DNA of 61,779 nucleotides, filler included, from Pirum gemmata (lineage: Eukaryota), in NCBI GenBank assembly GCA_002812295.1. It is 24 parts of 24 records of this genome, joined end to end, with 100 filler letters (N's around TTAATTAATTAA, not from the genome) between each part and the next. Parts side by side here need not be neighbours in the genome. Positions count along the whole stretch, not along the records: positions 1 to 3,154 come from PDIN01006657.1; positions 3,255 to 5,627 come from PDIN01006658.1; positions 5,728 to 8,122 come from PDIN01006659.1; positions 8,223 to 10,587 come from PDIN01006660.1; positions 10,688 to 13,063 come from PDIN01006661.1; 19 more parts are not named here. One strand, 5' to 3'. Position 1 is the first letter of the stretch. The number at the start of each line of letters is the position of its first letter. A program made the translations under genes and the position numbers. The notes under the pieces were generated by a model that was not told the origin of the DNA, searched no databases, and saw only the letters and a list, made by a program, of their open reading frames with translations. Below, piece after piece: positions 1-12,252 of this stretch.

Positions 1-83
1 CACTGTATTGACTCACTTTTGATTTCATTTAAAAAATTCTTTCAAATTCTAAGAAATTTCATAGAAAAAACTTGAAACTCGGA

Positions 84-267
84 AGTTATTTTGTCGTCAT
101 AAAATATACAATAAATAGTACAAACTTAATACAACATAAATCCATTTCATTTAATTTGGTATATATTTGAAATCATTACATATTTATTTATTTAAAAGTA
201 TCAATTTAAATATTACAAACAACCAAATAAATATTCGGGAGTAACAAAATAAATGAAAAGCACAATA
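84..267 (+). mobile_element. MITE family A (~190 bp, TIR TATCGTGCTTTTCA...TGAAAAGCACGATA), 5'-truncated copy
   Basis: Matches the full copies at 40006-40199 and 40654-40840; ends TGAAAAGCACAATA. Confidence 0.85.
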
Positions 268-316
268 TATATGTTTAAACGTAAAAATTAATACATTGTA
301 TTTTTTTTTTTAACTA

Positions 317-557
317 TAGTCTAAGCTAGATAAAAATGACGACATCCGCCATATGAGCTCAAAAATCTAAAAAATCTCAAAATGATCCAATTTCAATGAA
401 AGTACTAACCCAATTTTGAGAAATCGTCTAACTAAGCAAACTCTTATTATGAACCAACGGTTAGTTTTTAAAAATAATTTGGCTAGTTAGCATTAAAGGT
501 TATTAGAAAAGAAGTCTAAAAAAAAAATGATTTCTACAGTTTTATCCGGCTTAGCTG
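317..557. mobile_element. MITE family B (~240 bp, TIR core CTAAGCCGGATAAAA)
   Basis: TAGTCTAAGCTAGATAAAA...TTTTATCCGGCTTAGCTG. Reverse-orientation copies at ~31065-31265, 31401-31630 and 49460-49668; end fragments at ~22597 and ~40601. Confidence 0.8.
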
Positions 558-808
558 TTAAAAAAAATAAATCATGTTATATTATCATATTATCTGGTGA
601 TTTATTAAATCAAAAAAAAAAAAAGTGAAAAACATAATATTGGAAAAATTGATTTTATTTTTTATTACAATTACTAAATTAAAATTATTATCATAAAGCA
701 ACCCAAAAAAAGAAGAAAATATAAATATATAAATAACAAACGAGCAACAATAAAAAGCAGCTAAAACCTTTTGTGCAATAGAGAGCCACATTATATATTT
801 ATATTATA

Positions 809-2235
809 TTATCTTGACCCATGTCTTTTAAATCTTAAAGCTAAATAACCAAAAACTCTCCACATTGCCCATATAGCCAAACAAACTCCAAAATTTCCCC
901 ACACAGAATCCAAAGCACCCTCTGAACCAAATCCCCAGAAGGCTAAAATGTCATCATTATCCCATTCACCACAAGTTGGATCCGTTTTATTCACAGCGTT
1001 TTGTCCATTTTGACAATTAGTATAATCGTTAGATCCACTAAATTGATTAATCATAACACCATTCAACGCGTACTGGATAAAAGATGTATAGTAAGCCCAA
1101 ATCCAATAATCAGGTATTAAACTTTTACGAACATAAAACCCAGCAAACAAAAAACTTAAAATAAGAACAGGGAAAACTAATGCACTAGCTTGTTCAAAAT
1201 CAGACCCTAACGCGGCAAAAGTCTGGGCGATACCAAAACCAGTGTCAGATAATACGTACAAAAATAAGAAGAAGATGAAAAACGCACCAGCATTAGCTCT
1301 CAATCCAACAATCCAATAAACAAACAAAGCAAACACCATGGATTGCACCATCATCACCGGCACTTCACTTAAAAGATTCGCCCAATAATATGCGGAAACT
1401 TGTAAAGCGGAAGCATTTCTCTCGCGCACAAAATACGCTCTCTCGTCGGACAAAGACCCTAGTACAGTCAAAGCCCCAAACCCAAAATTCATTACGGAAA
1501 AATTCAAAACTGATAAAATATTATAAACCGCATCATAATCATTATCTTGTTGTGCAAACACTGTGGAGATCAAAAAAATCATAACAATAATACGACCGAA
1601 TCGGGCACCAGCATAAGCACTATCACGTTTTCTTGTCTGCCAGAAGCGTTTTGTTAGAGTCCAGCAATTAACAAACTGATTATTAATAAACTGAGGATGT
1701 TCTTCAACTAACACAGTTTGTTTTAAATGTGAAGCCGCTTTGACCGCAGATTGTAAACGATCACTTTGTAAATTAGATGAAATGTACTTTTCGGCGAAAA
1801 ATCCCTCATAAACATCAGGGCCATCGAACATAGGTCCTTGGGCTCCAGTTACTGCAATAAGAAAATCGGCAGGGTTCATTTTAGGTGGGTGTTTATAACC
1901 TAACTCTCCAAAATAACCTGTAGCATCCTTAGCTGCACCTAAATATACAATTTCTCCTTTTACTAACAATAATAATCGGTCAAACAAACGGAAAACGTCG
2001 GAAGAAGGTTGATGAATTGTACAGATGGTGGTACGACCTCTATTGGTGATGTCGCGCATCACATTCATTACTTCCAAAGAAGTAAAAGAATCAAGACCAG
2101 TTGTAGGTTCGTCTAAAAATAACACCCGAGGATCTGTTATGAGCTCAATGCCAATATTTACACGTTTAGCTTGTCCTCCACTAATACCTCGAAGAGCAGC
2201 ACCTCCGATCATATTATCTTGACAACTTTGTAAAC
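809..2235 (-). CDS. ABCG (White/PDR-type) ABC transporter, last exon, 5' truncated
   Basis: ISGGQAKRVNIG signature, LFLDEPTTGLDS Walker B/D-loop and TIHQP H-loop, followed by an ABC2-type membrane domain. Acceptor aaag at 2236 gives GLQSCQDNMIGG; TAA stop. Confidence 0.95.
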
Positions 2236-3918
2236 CTTTTGATTGATAATAATAATTATTGTCATTGTTATAATTGTTGTTGTTATTACTATTATTAGTA
2301 ATTAATCATCATTAATATAATTAATAATGATAATAATAATTAATAATTATTAATAATAATCAATAATAATCAAATATAATTAATAATAATTAATANNNNA
2401 TACAAATATATACATAAATATATGATATTGTTTTATTCTTGATTGATTTTTTATTTTTATTGATTTCCATAAGGTTTTTAAAACATCGTACAATAGCTAA
2501 CTCCTTGTAATCATAATAATACTAATAATAAAGTAAAATAAAATAAAATAAAATAATTAAATAAATAAATTAATTAATTAATTAATACATAAATAAATAA
2601 ATACATAAATAAAAAAATAAAAAAAATAAACAGCTTTTGCTACGTTACCATTCAGTTTATCTCTTCCCGTGCACTTGGATTTCGTAATTTGTTTCTTTTA
2701 TTATGTCACAAGGATGGTGCTGTAAGTTCATATTGTTATTATATAAATTTTCTTTTGAGGCTTTTGTTGTTGTTGTTGTTATTATTATGATTGTAGTAGT
2801 AAACGTTTTTGTGTTCGTTTTGGTTTTGGTGCTGTTGTTGTTGCTGGGGTTAATGCTGGTGGGGTTGTTGGGGTTAATGCTGGTGGGGTTGTTGGGGTTA
2901 GGGCTGTGGTTGTTGGGATTGGGGTTGGGGTTGAGGTTGTTGGGGTTGAGGTTGTTGGGATTGGTGGTGGTGGTGGTGGTGGTGGTGGTATAATTGTTGC
3001 TGTTGTTGGTATTATTATTGTTATTATTGTTGTAGTTGTTGGGGTGTTATTGATGGTGTTGCTGTTGTTGCTGTTTGTTGTTTATTGTTGTTGGAATTAC
3101 TGTAGGTATTGTTGTTGATATTGTTGTTGTTATTGTTATTGTTATTGTTATTGTNNNNNNNNNNNNNNNNNNNNNNNNNNNNNNNNNNNNNNNNNNNNTT
3201 AATTAATTAANNNNNNNNNNNNNNNNNNNNNNNNNNNNNNNNNNNNNNNNNNNNCTATTACTATTACTATTACTATCCTATTACTATTACTATTACCATC
3301 ACCATCACCATCACTATTACTATTACCATCACCATCACCATCACCTTTATTACTATTATTATTGCTATGAGATAGCTATAGTTGAATCAATTAATATTGG
3401 AATCAGTATTGAAATTGAAGACAATTTTTAATTAAATTAGAGAATTAATTAAACGCAACTTCGATTCTATTTTGGATCCTGGTGCTCCTTCTCCAAAAGA
3501 ATTGTATATTTATTATTTTTTTATTAATTAAAATAGGTAGAAAATTTATCAATATTTTAAAATACTTCCAAATTACATGGTTTTTAAAAAATCAATTAAT
3601 TAAATTATAAAAGCTATATAATAATGATCAACAATAAATAATAATAAATATTAATAATAATAAATAATATGGAAAAATTATAAAAAATAAAAATAAAAAT
3701 AAAATAACAAATAATTATTTATATATTATAATAATAAAGTAATATAATATTTATAATTAATAATAATTAAATTATGAATTATTATACAATAAAGGAAACT
3801 ATGCATAGAAACTCATAGAATTAGAAAAGTATTTTTACTTATAATTATATATACATTATATAATATAATAATGTTTTAATAATAAGTAAAAACGAGAGGG
3901 GCTCGAGCTCTAGAGTAT

Positions 3919-5472
3919 TTAACTGTTAACAACAACACAGTCATCCGCTAAAACACCCCAATCTCCAACCACGGTCTCTGTTAAACCTCCGCTGTAGCAC
4001 CCCAATATGTAGTTCCATTTTATTGCTACATAATATTATATATAGTACAATATAATGAACATTAATTAATTATAATTTTAACAATAATAATTATTAAGAA
4101 AATGATTAATTAACTTTACATATTATATTATTATTATATATATTATATTCTTAATTAATTAAATACGTACATTATTACAGTCTATATAATATTTATATTT
4201 ATAATAATTAAATATACATATTATATTACTGATATTAAATTTTTGTACTATTGCTGCTACCGATACTGATACTACCATTATTACCATCACTACTTCCACA
4301 TTACCCCAAATTCTAATTTTTATCTTTAAAATACAATATAATTATATTATAGCTACGTATATATACTATTATTATTATCATTATTAGTACCTGGGCTTGT
4401 ACCGTTGCAGTAATCAGCTTCACCATCCACTTGGTCCAGCGTGCGAACGTGGTATCCATAAGAGCCGTCTGAATGCTGCATAATCAGTATGATGACAGTA
4501 CAATAATATTAATAAAAATAATAAAAATAATACTAATAATTAAAGTATAACATTACTAAATGTCAATACTAATACTAATATAATACAATAATAATGCATA
4601 TTAAAATGATAATAATAATAATAAAAATAAAATCAACAATAATAACTGCAAGGGTAACTTTTAAAATAATAATAATAATAGTAATTAATTAATATTTTAA
4701 AATATCGTTGTTATTATTACCGTCATCCCATTACAACCATCTAACACCGAATCGTCATCTAGAGCACCATAAATAGGAAATCCATCCAAAGCATAAACCA
4801 TTAAAATATTCGAATCAGGCATTCCTTCGTTTCCCATTTGTGAATTATGATAATGATGGTCTCCTTTCAGAGCGGCATGCCCCCACCAATATTGCGCATC
4901 CGTTACACCTAACCCAATAGCAGCGTTTTCACCCCCACCTTCTTGGGCTCTAAATTGTTGATTTTAAATTATATAATAATTGTTGTTGTTGTGCTTATAT
5001 TATATATTGTTGTTATTATTATATCACTTTTGTTATTGTTATTGTTATTAATATTGCTATTATTACTATAATATATTATATTAATAATAAATTATATATA
5101 ATTATAATATTACATAGCAATTATTGCTATTATATAAAAATATAATACATTTTGATATTGGTATTAATTATAATATATTGTTATTATTATCACTATTACA
5201 TAGTACGTCTTAGTTTTTTAATGCCCTATATATATATATATATATATATTACTAATCCTAATTATAAACCTAATGTTTACTAATAACTTTACTAATACTA
5301 ATTATAAACCTAATGTTTACTAATACCAATAATAATAATACTAAATCCTGGCACTCCATTGAGTGCTATGGCAATGATAGCTAATGCCGTAGGCTCAATT
5401 TGACTCCCTGTAAGTTGAGGGTATAATGGTATTTCTACCTGCCAAAATGTTTCTTTGGGAGAATTTGGATTC
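3919..5472 (-). CDS. YHYH-domain protein, four 3' exons (5342-5472, ~4721-4949, 4391-4475, 3919-4025), 5' truncated
   Basis: Manual splice and translation: NPNSPKETFWQVEIPLYP...AIALNGVPGF / QEGGGENA...WWGHAALKGDHHYHN...YALDGFPIYGALDDDSVLDGCNGMT / HSDGSYGYHVRT...YCNGTSP / AIKWNYILGCYSG...*. The GH, HHYH, DGFPIYG, LDxCNG and YxxGCY motifs are typical of the YHYH family. Two introns are clean GT-AG with matching phases. Confidence 0.88.
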
Positions 5473-5727
5473 CTTGCACAATTTAAAATGTTTTATTAAT
5501 TAAAAAAAGTAAAATTAATAATATTATTATATATAACAATTATTCTATAGTAATCATTATTATTATTATAATATTATTATGTATATATTATATTATTATT
5601 AATAATAATATCATTATCATTATTATTNNNNNNNNNNNNNNNNNNNNNNNNNNNNNNNNNNNNNNNNNNNNTTAATTAATTAANNNNNNNNNNNNNNNNN
5701 NNNNNNNNNNNNNNNNNNNNNNNNNNN

Positions 5728-6182
5728 TTTTCAAAAATAACTTTTAGGTTTTCTTTTTCTTTGTTATGATCATCTTCTAGCTTCAACATTTTATTTTCCA
5801 CAATATTTTTCTGTCTATTTAACTTTGAAAAATCCGTTTTTAGCTTACCAAGTTTCACATTAACCTCCTCTAAAGTATTAGTTTTTTCCTGAATGTTAGA
5901 TTTTAACAGTTTATTTTCATCTGAAGCTTTATGAAATTGCGATTGTTTCTCATTCAAATGCGATTTTGTCTCATCCAAATGCGAATTTGTCTCACTAAAC
6001 TTTTTAATAAACTTTGACTTAATATTTTCCAACTCTATGACTTTTTTTTTTAAATCATTATTTTCTTTAGTTAATTTTTTTTGTTCGTCTGTAAGTTTAT
6101 CAAATTCACCTTTTTGTAGTTGTATATACGAACTGTTTGAAACTTGTTCCTCTGATTCCTTCCTTTGTTGTCTTATTTCCAT
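5728..6182 (-). CDS. Coiled-coil protein fragment (K/E-rich), running off the contig
   Basis: 168-aa ORF with heptad-like L/I spacing. Further coding-like sequence lies upstream in another frame (to ~6390). Confidence 0.55.
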
Positions 6183-6389
6183 CCTGTGTTCTCTAAGCTT
6201 TTTATTTTCCTTTTTGGATATAATAATCGCTTTATCTTGAACACTTACGCTATCACCCTGAACGAAAGCTTTACTACTACTACTACGATCTTCACCTGTG
6301 CTTTTCCTTTTATGAGACTTGGTGCTTTTTTTTTTAGGCTTCTTAAAAGTGGAAAGGTCGCCATCTTTTCTTTTATTTTGTTTAATTCG

Positions 6390-8025
6390 TGGTCAGGATT
6401 ATACTCATTTCTTGCAAGTTGGAGAAAAAAGATCTAGAAAATTAGCGTCAGTCTCGTTGACCAGCAAAAAGGAAATCGTAAATGTGCTAATAAGGTGTTG
6501 TGAAGAAGTACTCCAAACCATACCCAATGATAGTATACTCTTTTATATTGAAGTACTAACACGCTTTTATAGAAATGAATGTGTTCTGGAACATGTTAAA
6601 GTAGGTATTGAACTTATGAATACAAAGTTACCTCAGATTTTGAAGGCTTTTGAGTACGCTATTATTAATGTACGAAACGGGCTTGTATTTTCAGAAAACC
6701 CATTGTCTTGTGAAATGATGAATGGTTTAGATGTATCCAACCTCAGTGAAGCAAAACTGAATGAATACTATGAGAAAGCTATCGGTTTCCCTATTGATGA
6801 ACAGAATATGCATGCGTACAGAATTGGAAATATAAATGTGAACACAGGACAATACTATTCAACACCTGAATCTCTAATTAAAAAGTTGAATATGAAAACA
6901 AGACCTGTACCTAAAGAATATTTGGGCATACCCTTTTTACCTATGGCAATAGAAAAATGGCCAAAGAAACTTTTTTTGAAGAAACCAGATATCTTGACCT
7001 ATTTAACACCAAAGTATAATAACCAGTTTGAAAGAGGTATGGAGAGAATATTCTTTTGTTTGTTAAGTTTTTATCCATCATGTCATTCAGAGATCAAAAT
7101 TGTAAAGGAAGTTAACGATGCAGCTGAAATGGCAGTACATGATATTATATATAGAGAGGAAGACCATAATTATAGATTTTATGGTAAAATTCCCAGGTCA
7201 CAAGCCGGCAGTACTTACTCTGTTTATATGACGTTAAAATACCGCTTAACTATCCGAAAAATAAGAGAACAAAACGGTGACATAAAAGAAATATACACTA
7301 AGACAGGAGTTAAAATCTCGGGTTTCTGCGAGTGTAAAAGTGGGTTGGATGGAAGATGCACACATGGCAGTGCATTACTGTATGCTATTTATTATTTTTG
7401 TTCTGTTTCTAAAAATGAACTTCTCCTTCAAACCTGTACAAGTCGCTTACAAAAATGGTCTCAAGTATCTGGTCCCCCCAAGGTTTCTGCAAGAACACCT
7501 ATACATAACTTTGTTATTATAAAAGGTGGAATAGTTGCAAAGAAAATGGACAAATTAATAGTAAACGCAAGTACAGAAGCATCAGATTATGAAGACGAAT
7601 TTACAACTGAAAGTACAACTGAAAGTACAATACTACGTACAGAAGAATCGGATTATGAAGAAGAATCTGCAACAGAAAGTAGAACAGCAAGTACAACAGA
7701 AAATACAGAACCTAGACCAAGAAAAACAGGCTTACAGAAAAGGGTCAGAAGTGTGTACGTTTTGAATATAAGTGATGAATTACGTCAAAGAAACGAGAAA
7801 ATGTTGTTTGGATATTGTATAAATAATGATGATGATACTAATGATCCTAATGATGATAATGATACTAATGATCCTAGTTATACTGGTGATACTGGTGATA
7901 TTAATACTAGTAGCATTAGTGATACTAGTGATGATGATAATGATAATAATGATAATAATAACAATAATAATAATAATAGAAATAATAGCAATAATAACAT
8001 TAACAATAATAATAATAATAATACC

Positions 8026-8076
<51 letters not shown>

Positions 8077-8122
8077 GCAACAGCAACAGCAACAGCAACA
8101 ACAACAACAACAACAAAATTTC
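6390..8122 (+). CDS. Intronless SWIM zinc-finger protein, probably a DNA-transposon accessory ORF (type that accompanies YqaJ nucleases in ISL2EU/PHIS elements)
   Basis: GFCECKSGLDGRCTHGSALLY (CxCx7CxH) at ~7327-7365, preceded by GKIPRSQ...YSVY and followed by TCTSRLQKW. Acidic and N/T low-complexity tail. First in-frame ATG at 6616; start uncertain. Confidence 0.7.
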
Positions 8123-8308
8123 NNNNNNNNNNNNNNNNNNNNNNNNNNNNNNNNNNNNNNNNNNNNTTAATTAATTAANNNNNNNNNNNNNNNNNNNNNN
8201 NNNNNNNNNNNNNNNNNNNNNNTTAAGATTTTGACGAAACTAAATAATAGTATTTTTATTATAGCATTGGAGCTGCATTGGTAATTTTATACTGAATTAT
8301 CATACTTA

Positions 8309-8489
8309 GGGAACGTTCATAAAGGACGTCATTTATTCTTTGATAAAAGTCATTGCTCAAAAGTGAGACTTAAACTGTTTTAGGCAGTAATTAATTATTA
8401 AAATGAATTTTAAAATTATGACCAAAAGGGTTTTGAACAAAGAGGCTTAGGTAATAAGATTAGGTGATGCCCTTTTTATGGATGATCCC
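8309..8489. mobile_element. PIF/Harbinger-like MITE family C
   Basis: TTA|GGGAACGTTCATAAAGGACGTCA ... TGATGCCCTTTTTATGGATGATCCC imperfect TIRs; second copy inverted at 10133-10339. Confidence 0.7.
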
Positions 8490-8907
8490 TTTAGAATAGA
8501 ACAAAAACGAAAACCAAAACCAAAAACAATACTCTTTTTTTTTTTCCTTTGAAGAAAACAAAAAAAAACAAACAAACAAACAAACTGTAGTTTATATATT
8601 TCACAGTATTGGTGGCTTATTTAGCAATAAAAACAATAAGCTATTTATTAACGTTAACGATAGGCGCACATGTATTATACAATATAATTGTTGAGGGAAA
8701 CTGACTGGGTAAACGGTAAACCTCGTTCTGGAGGAAACAAATATAATCTATAGCCATATATCATTGCATAATATGTTCAATTTTTTATAAATATATCATA
8801 TTATGATAAAATATTTAGAATAAAATAATCATAATAATAATAATAATAATAAATGCGAGTTTTATCATTTTATGCACTGATTGACTGATTGTTGGCCGAT
8901 TTTGTAA

Positions 8908-9081
8908 GGAAGCGTTCAGATACTACATAACGCCAATTTCCGGTCACCCCTCGACGTTAAATTCCGGTCCCACCTACCTACAGTCTACTACCTACAGTTT
9001 TCCCTACCCCTCGACGTTAAATTCCGGTCAAATACCACCTACCTACCCACCCCTTGACGTGACTATTATTTGAATGCTTCC
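8908..9081. mobile_element. Tourist-like (PIF/Harbinger) MITE family D with TAA target-site duplication
   Basis: TAA|GGAAGCGTTCAGATA...TATTTGAATGCTTCC|TAA, with internal CCCCTCGACGTTAAATTCCGGTC repeats. Related inverted copies at ~11168-11405 and ~61283-61409. Confidence 0.88.
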
Positions 9082-9627
9082 TAATAGTCTATTGGGAGAT
9101 ACAGGAAAATACAATCGAATCAAACAGCTCGATCCTAATTATTAAATTGTGACAATTTTGAAATGGTATTCTTCTTTTTTTTTTTTTCGAGTTTCAAGTT
9201 TTTTTCTATGAAATCAAAGTGAGTCAATACTTGCTTGAAATTAGATCGAAATTTTTTGAAAGTTTCGAAATTGTCTCGATTCGATGGTTTTCCCCACATC
9301 TCCCAAGGCTTGCATAAAGAAATAAAGAGCTCGAGGATATTATACTCGTCCGAAAAAAAAAGAAGTATCTCACATCCCTTGTTTTGTCATCATAAAATAT
9401 ACAAAAAAGTGTACCAAATTAATACAATATAATTCCATTTTATTTAATTTGGTATATTTTATTATATATTTATTTTTTTAAAAGTATCAATTTAAATATT
9501 ATAACTAACCAAATAAATATTTTAATTTTTTTAATACTCTCACTTAGTCTAACATCCTTACAATTTTTTTTATATCTATAATATCATCGTATCCATGTCC
9601 AGAATTTTTCAAAAAAATATGTGCAGA

Positions 9628-9912
9628 CAGAGATGCCAGGTCCGACCATCCTTCTGGTCCGAGTCCGCCCGGTCCGGCCCTTCGTCGGACATGTCTGTTC
9701 CGGTCCGATAAATGAAAAGTCGGGCCCCGAAAAAACTTTGCTTTCGGGTCCTAACCCTAACCCTAACCCTAAAACTCGGACAAGTTAATTTGTAAGAATT
9801 TTTGGATTTTTGTCCGAGAAAAATTTCGGGCCCGACCGACCAAATGCCCGGACGTAAGTAAAAATTTCGGACATTGAAAAAGTGCTTTGTCCGACGGACC
9901 TTGACATCACTG
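9628..9912. mobile_element. Non-autonomous hAT element (285 bp) with internal CCCTAA repeats
   Basis: TIRs CAGAGATGCCAGGTCC / GGACCTTGACATCACTG; 8-bp TSD TGTGCAGA vs TGTGTAGA; many GTCCGA/TCGGAC subterminal motifs. Confidence 0.9.
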
Positions 9913-10132
9913 TGTGTAGAGAGACTGTAGAGAGAGGCCTGAGGCCCACCTCTGGCCCTCGGGCCCGGAACCTATAAAGAAATTTCAACCAATCAGAGTC
10001 TTTACTGGGTTAAAAAGTTTATGGCCAGATACAATCCAGATACCAGTAGTACCAGTACTAGTAGCTAACCAGTACCCATACCCACCGCTGGTCTATCATT
10101 TTTTTGTAGCAGCTGCTGCGCCTTGGGAAGTT

Positions 10133-10339
10133 GGGATATATCATTAATTTTGTATACCTTCATTTTTAATTTTAAATTTAAAAAAACCTAATCTTACCTA
10201 TGCCTCTTTGTCCAAAATACTTTTGGTCATAATTTTAAAGTTCATTTTAATAATTAATTACTGCCTAAAACAGTTTAAGTCACACTTTCGAGCAATGACT
10301 TTTATCAAAGAATAAGTGATGTCCTTTATGAATATTCCC
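10133..10339. mobile_element. MITE family C, second copy (inverted)
   Basis: 10187-10339 is the reverse complement of 8309-8464 with scattered mismatches. Confidence 0.75.
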
Positions 10340-11167
10340 TGTTATAAATTATTAATAATTATTAAAAAGTCTTTATTATAATATATCAATGACATAGCTA
10401 GCTAGAAAACATTGCAGACTCTCCATCATCTGACCTACCAAATTCAAACTCTAAGCTTTCATATTGTAATCTAAGCCATTAAAATGGCAATCTAGAAAAA
10501 GGTGCACAACAAACTATCTTGCTTTTTAGTTATTTTGTCAACAAATAAATCCATTTAATTTAATTTGGTATATTTTATTATCTATATNNNNNNNNNNNNN
10601 NNNNNNNNNNNNNNNNNNNNNNNNNNNNNNNTTAATTAATTAANNNNNNNNNNNNNNNNNNNNNNNNNNNNNNNNNNNNNNNNNNNNTATTATTTATTAT
10701 TATTAAAATTTGCTTGTTTACAAATAATATTCCATAGCTAAGTTGAAGTCCAGTTCGGTCTAGCTACGTATAGCTATCGCACTCTTTTAATTTAAAAAAA
10801 AGTATATTATACTGCTAATCTTTGAATTCTCTCGAGATTTTCACGTGTACCTCTTTCTCCATCACTAGTAGTACTCATTCTCACCCGCTCATTTTCTCAC
10901 CCCTTGAGCTCCCTCACCCTCCCTCCCATCACACAGGATTAACACTCTACTACTAGTAGTAGTCTACTTACTATCTACCGTATGTATGGAATACAGTATA
11001 TTGCTTAGACTGTGTAATAGACAAAAAAATCAAAAAAATCATGCAATAATTACTTTTATACTTTATACTAATAGTAATCGTGGTAACAATCAAAAAAATA
11101 TTCAATCTAACTTTTTTTTTCTCCACTATTTTTTTTTTTTTTTTTTTTTTGAAAGAGAAATTCATAA

Positions 11168-11405
11168 GGGAGCGTACGTCACGTCAAGGGGTAGTAGGTA
11201 GATAGGTGGTATTTGACCGGAAATTAACGTCGAGGGGTAGGTAGGCAGGGGTATTTGAAGCTGCAGTGCAATATTTTTTTGAGAAATTCCTTCTTTTTTT
11301 CTTTTTATATATTCTCATAGTATTCTCATAGCTATTCTCATTCGTTTTTTTTTACTGTATTTGGTATTTGACCGGAAATTGACGTTACGTAGTATTTGAA
11401 CAGCT
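11168..11405. mobile_element. MITE family D copy with an internal insertion
   Basis: CGTCACGTCAAGGGGTAG...TTTGACCGGAAATTAACGTCGAGGGG is the reverse complement of the 8908-9081 core. Confidence 0.75.
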
Positions 11406-12252
11406 ATTTGAACACTAAACGAGAAATTCATACAAACGAGAAATTCATATGATGTCATACACAGCTAGTCATACAAAAAAANNNNNNNNNNNNNNNNNNN
11501 NNNNNNNNNNNNNNNNNNNNNNNNNNNNNNNNNNNNNNNNNNNNNNNNNNNNNNNNNNNNNNNNNNNNNNNNNNNNNNAAAAAAAAAAAAAAAGAACGTG
11601 GCACTTTTAAAAGTCTTCTATAATATGGTTTTATTTTTTTCGTAAAATTTAATGTTACCATACTGCCTAGACAGTGCTAGTAGTATTATTTAAAATACTT
11701 TGCATCACAAGTATATAACAGTACATAATATGATATATATTTAAAAAAAAAAAAAGACAGTGCTAGTATTATTTAAAATACTTTGCATCACAGTATATAT
11801 CAACTATATAACAGTACATAAATAGTCTATATATATTTTTTTAAAAAAAGAAAACAATCATTTCGTTTTTCATATTGAAACGGGACCAGCCCCTTCCAAT
11901 TTTAAAATATGTTTATTGATTATTTTAGATTTAAGGATAACATTATATATAAGAAATATTAACTTTTCATATAATTATTATGCTTTGAAATCAAAAAACA
12001 AACCGACTCATAATTACTATTATTATAACTATTCATTTAAATTATGAATCCCGTCGTCGCCCCATTTGCCTGCCTTACCTTCCAATTTTGTTTCGAACAT
12101 GACATTACTAATGCCAATTCTTTCATGTGTAACTCCCCCCATAAACTATTATCACTATAAATTATTATTCTATTTTCACTATTACACTCTGTTACCTATT
12201 CTATCAATTACACTTATGTTTCACACATTAAGTGCTGGATTCAATTACAGCT

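Noticed and set aside
2640..3154. Pro/Thr-rich mucin-like coding fragment and the plus-strand ORFs 2703-3118
   Set aside because: Low-complexity sequence is open in several frames, with no consistent frame or splice signals; cannot be supported.
3199..3210. Regularly spaced TTAATTAATTAA as a biological repeat or CRISPR-like array
   Set aside because: Always embedded in N-runs; it is a standard all-frame stop linker.
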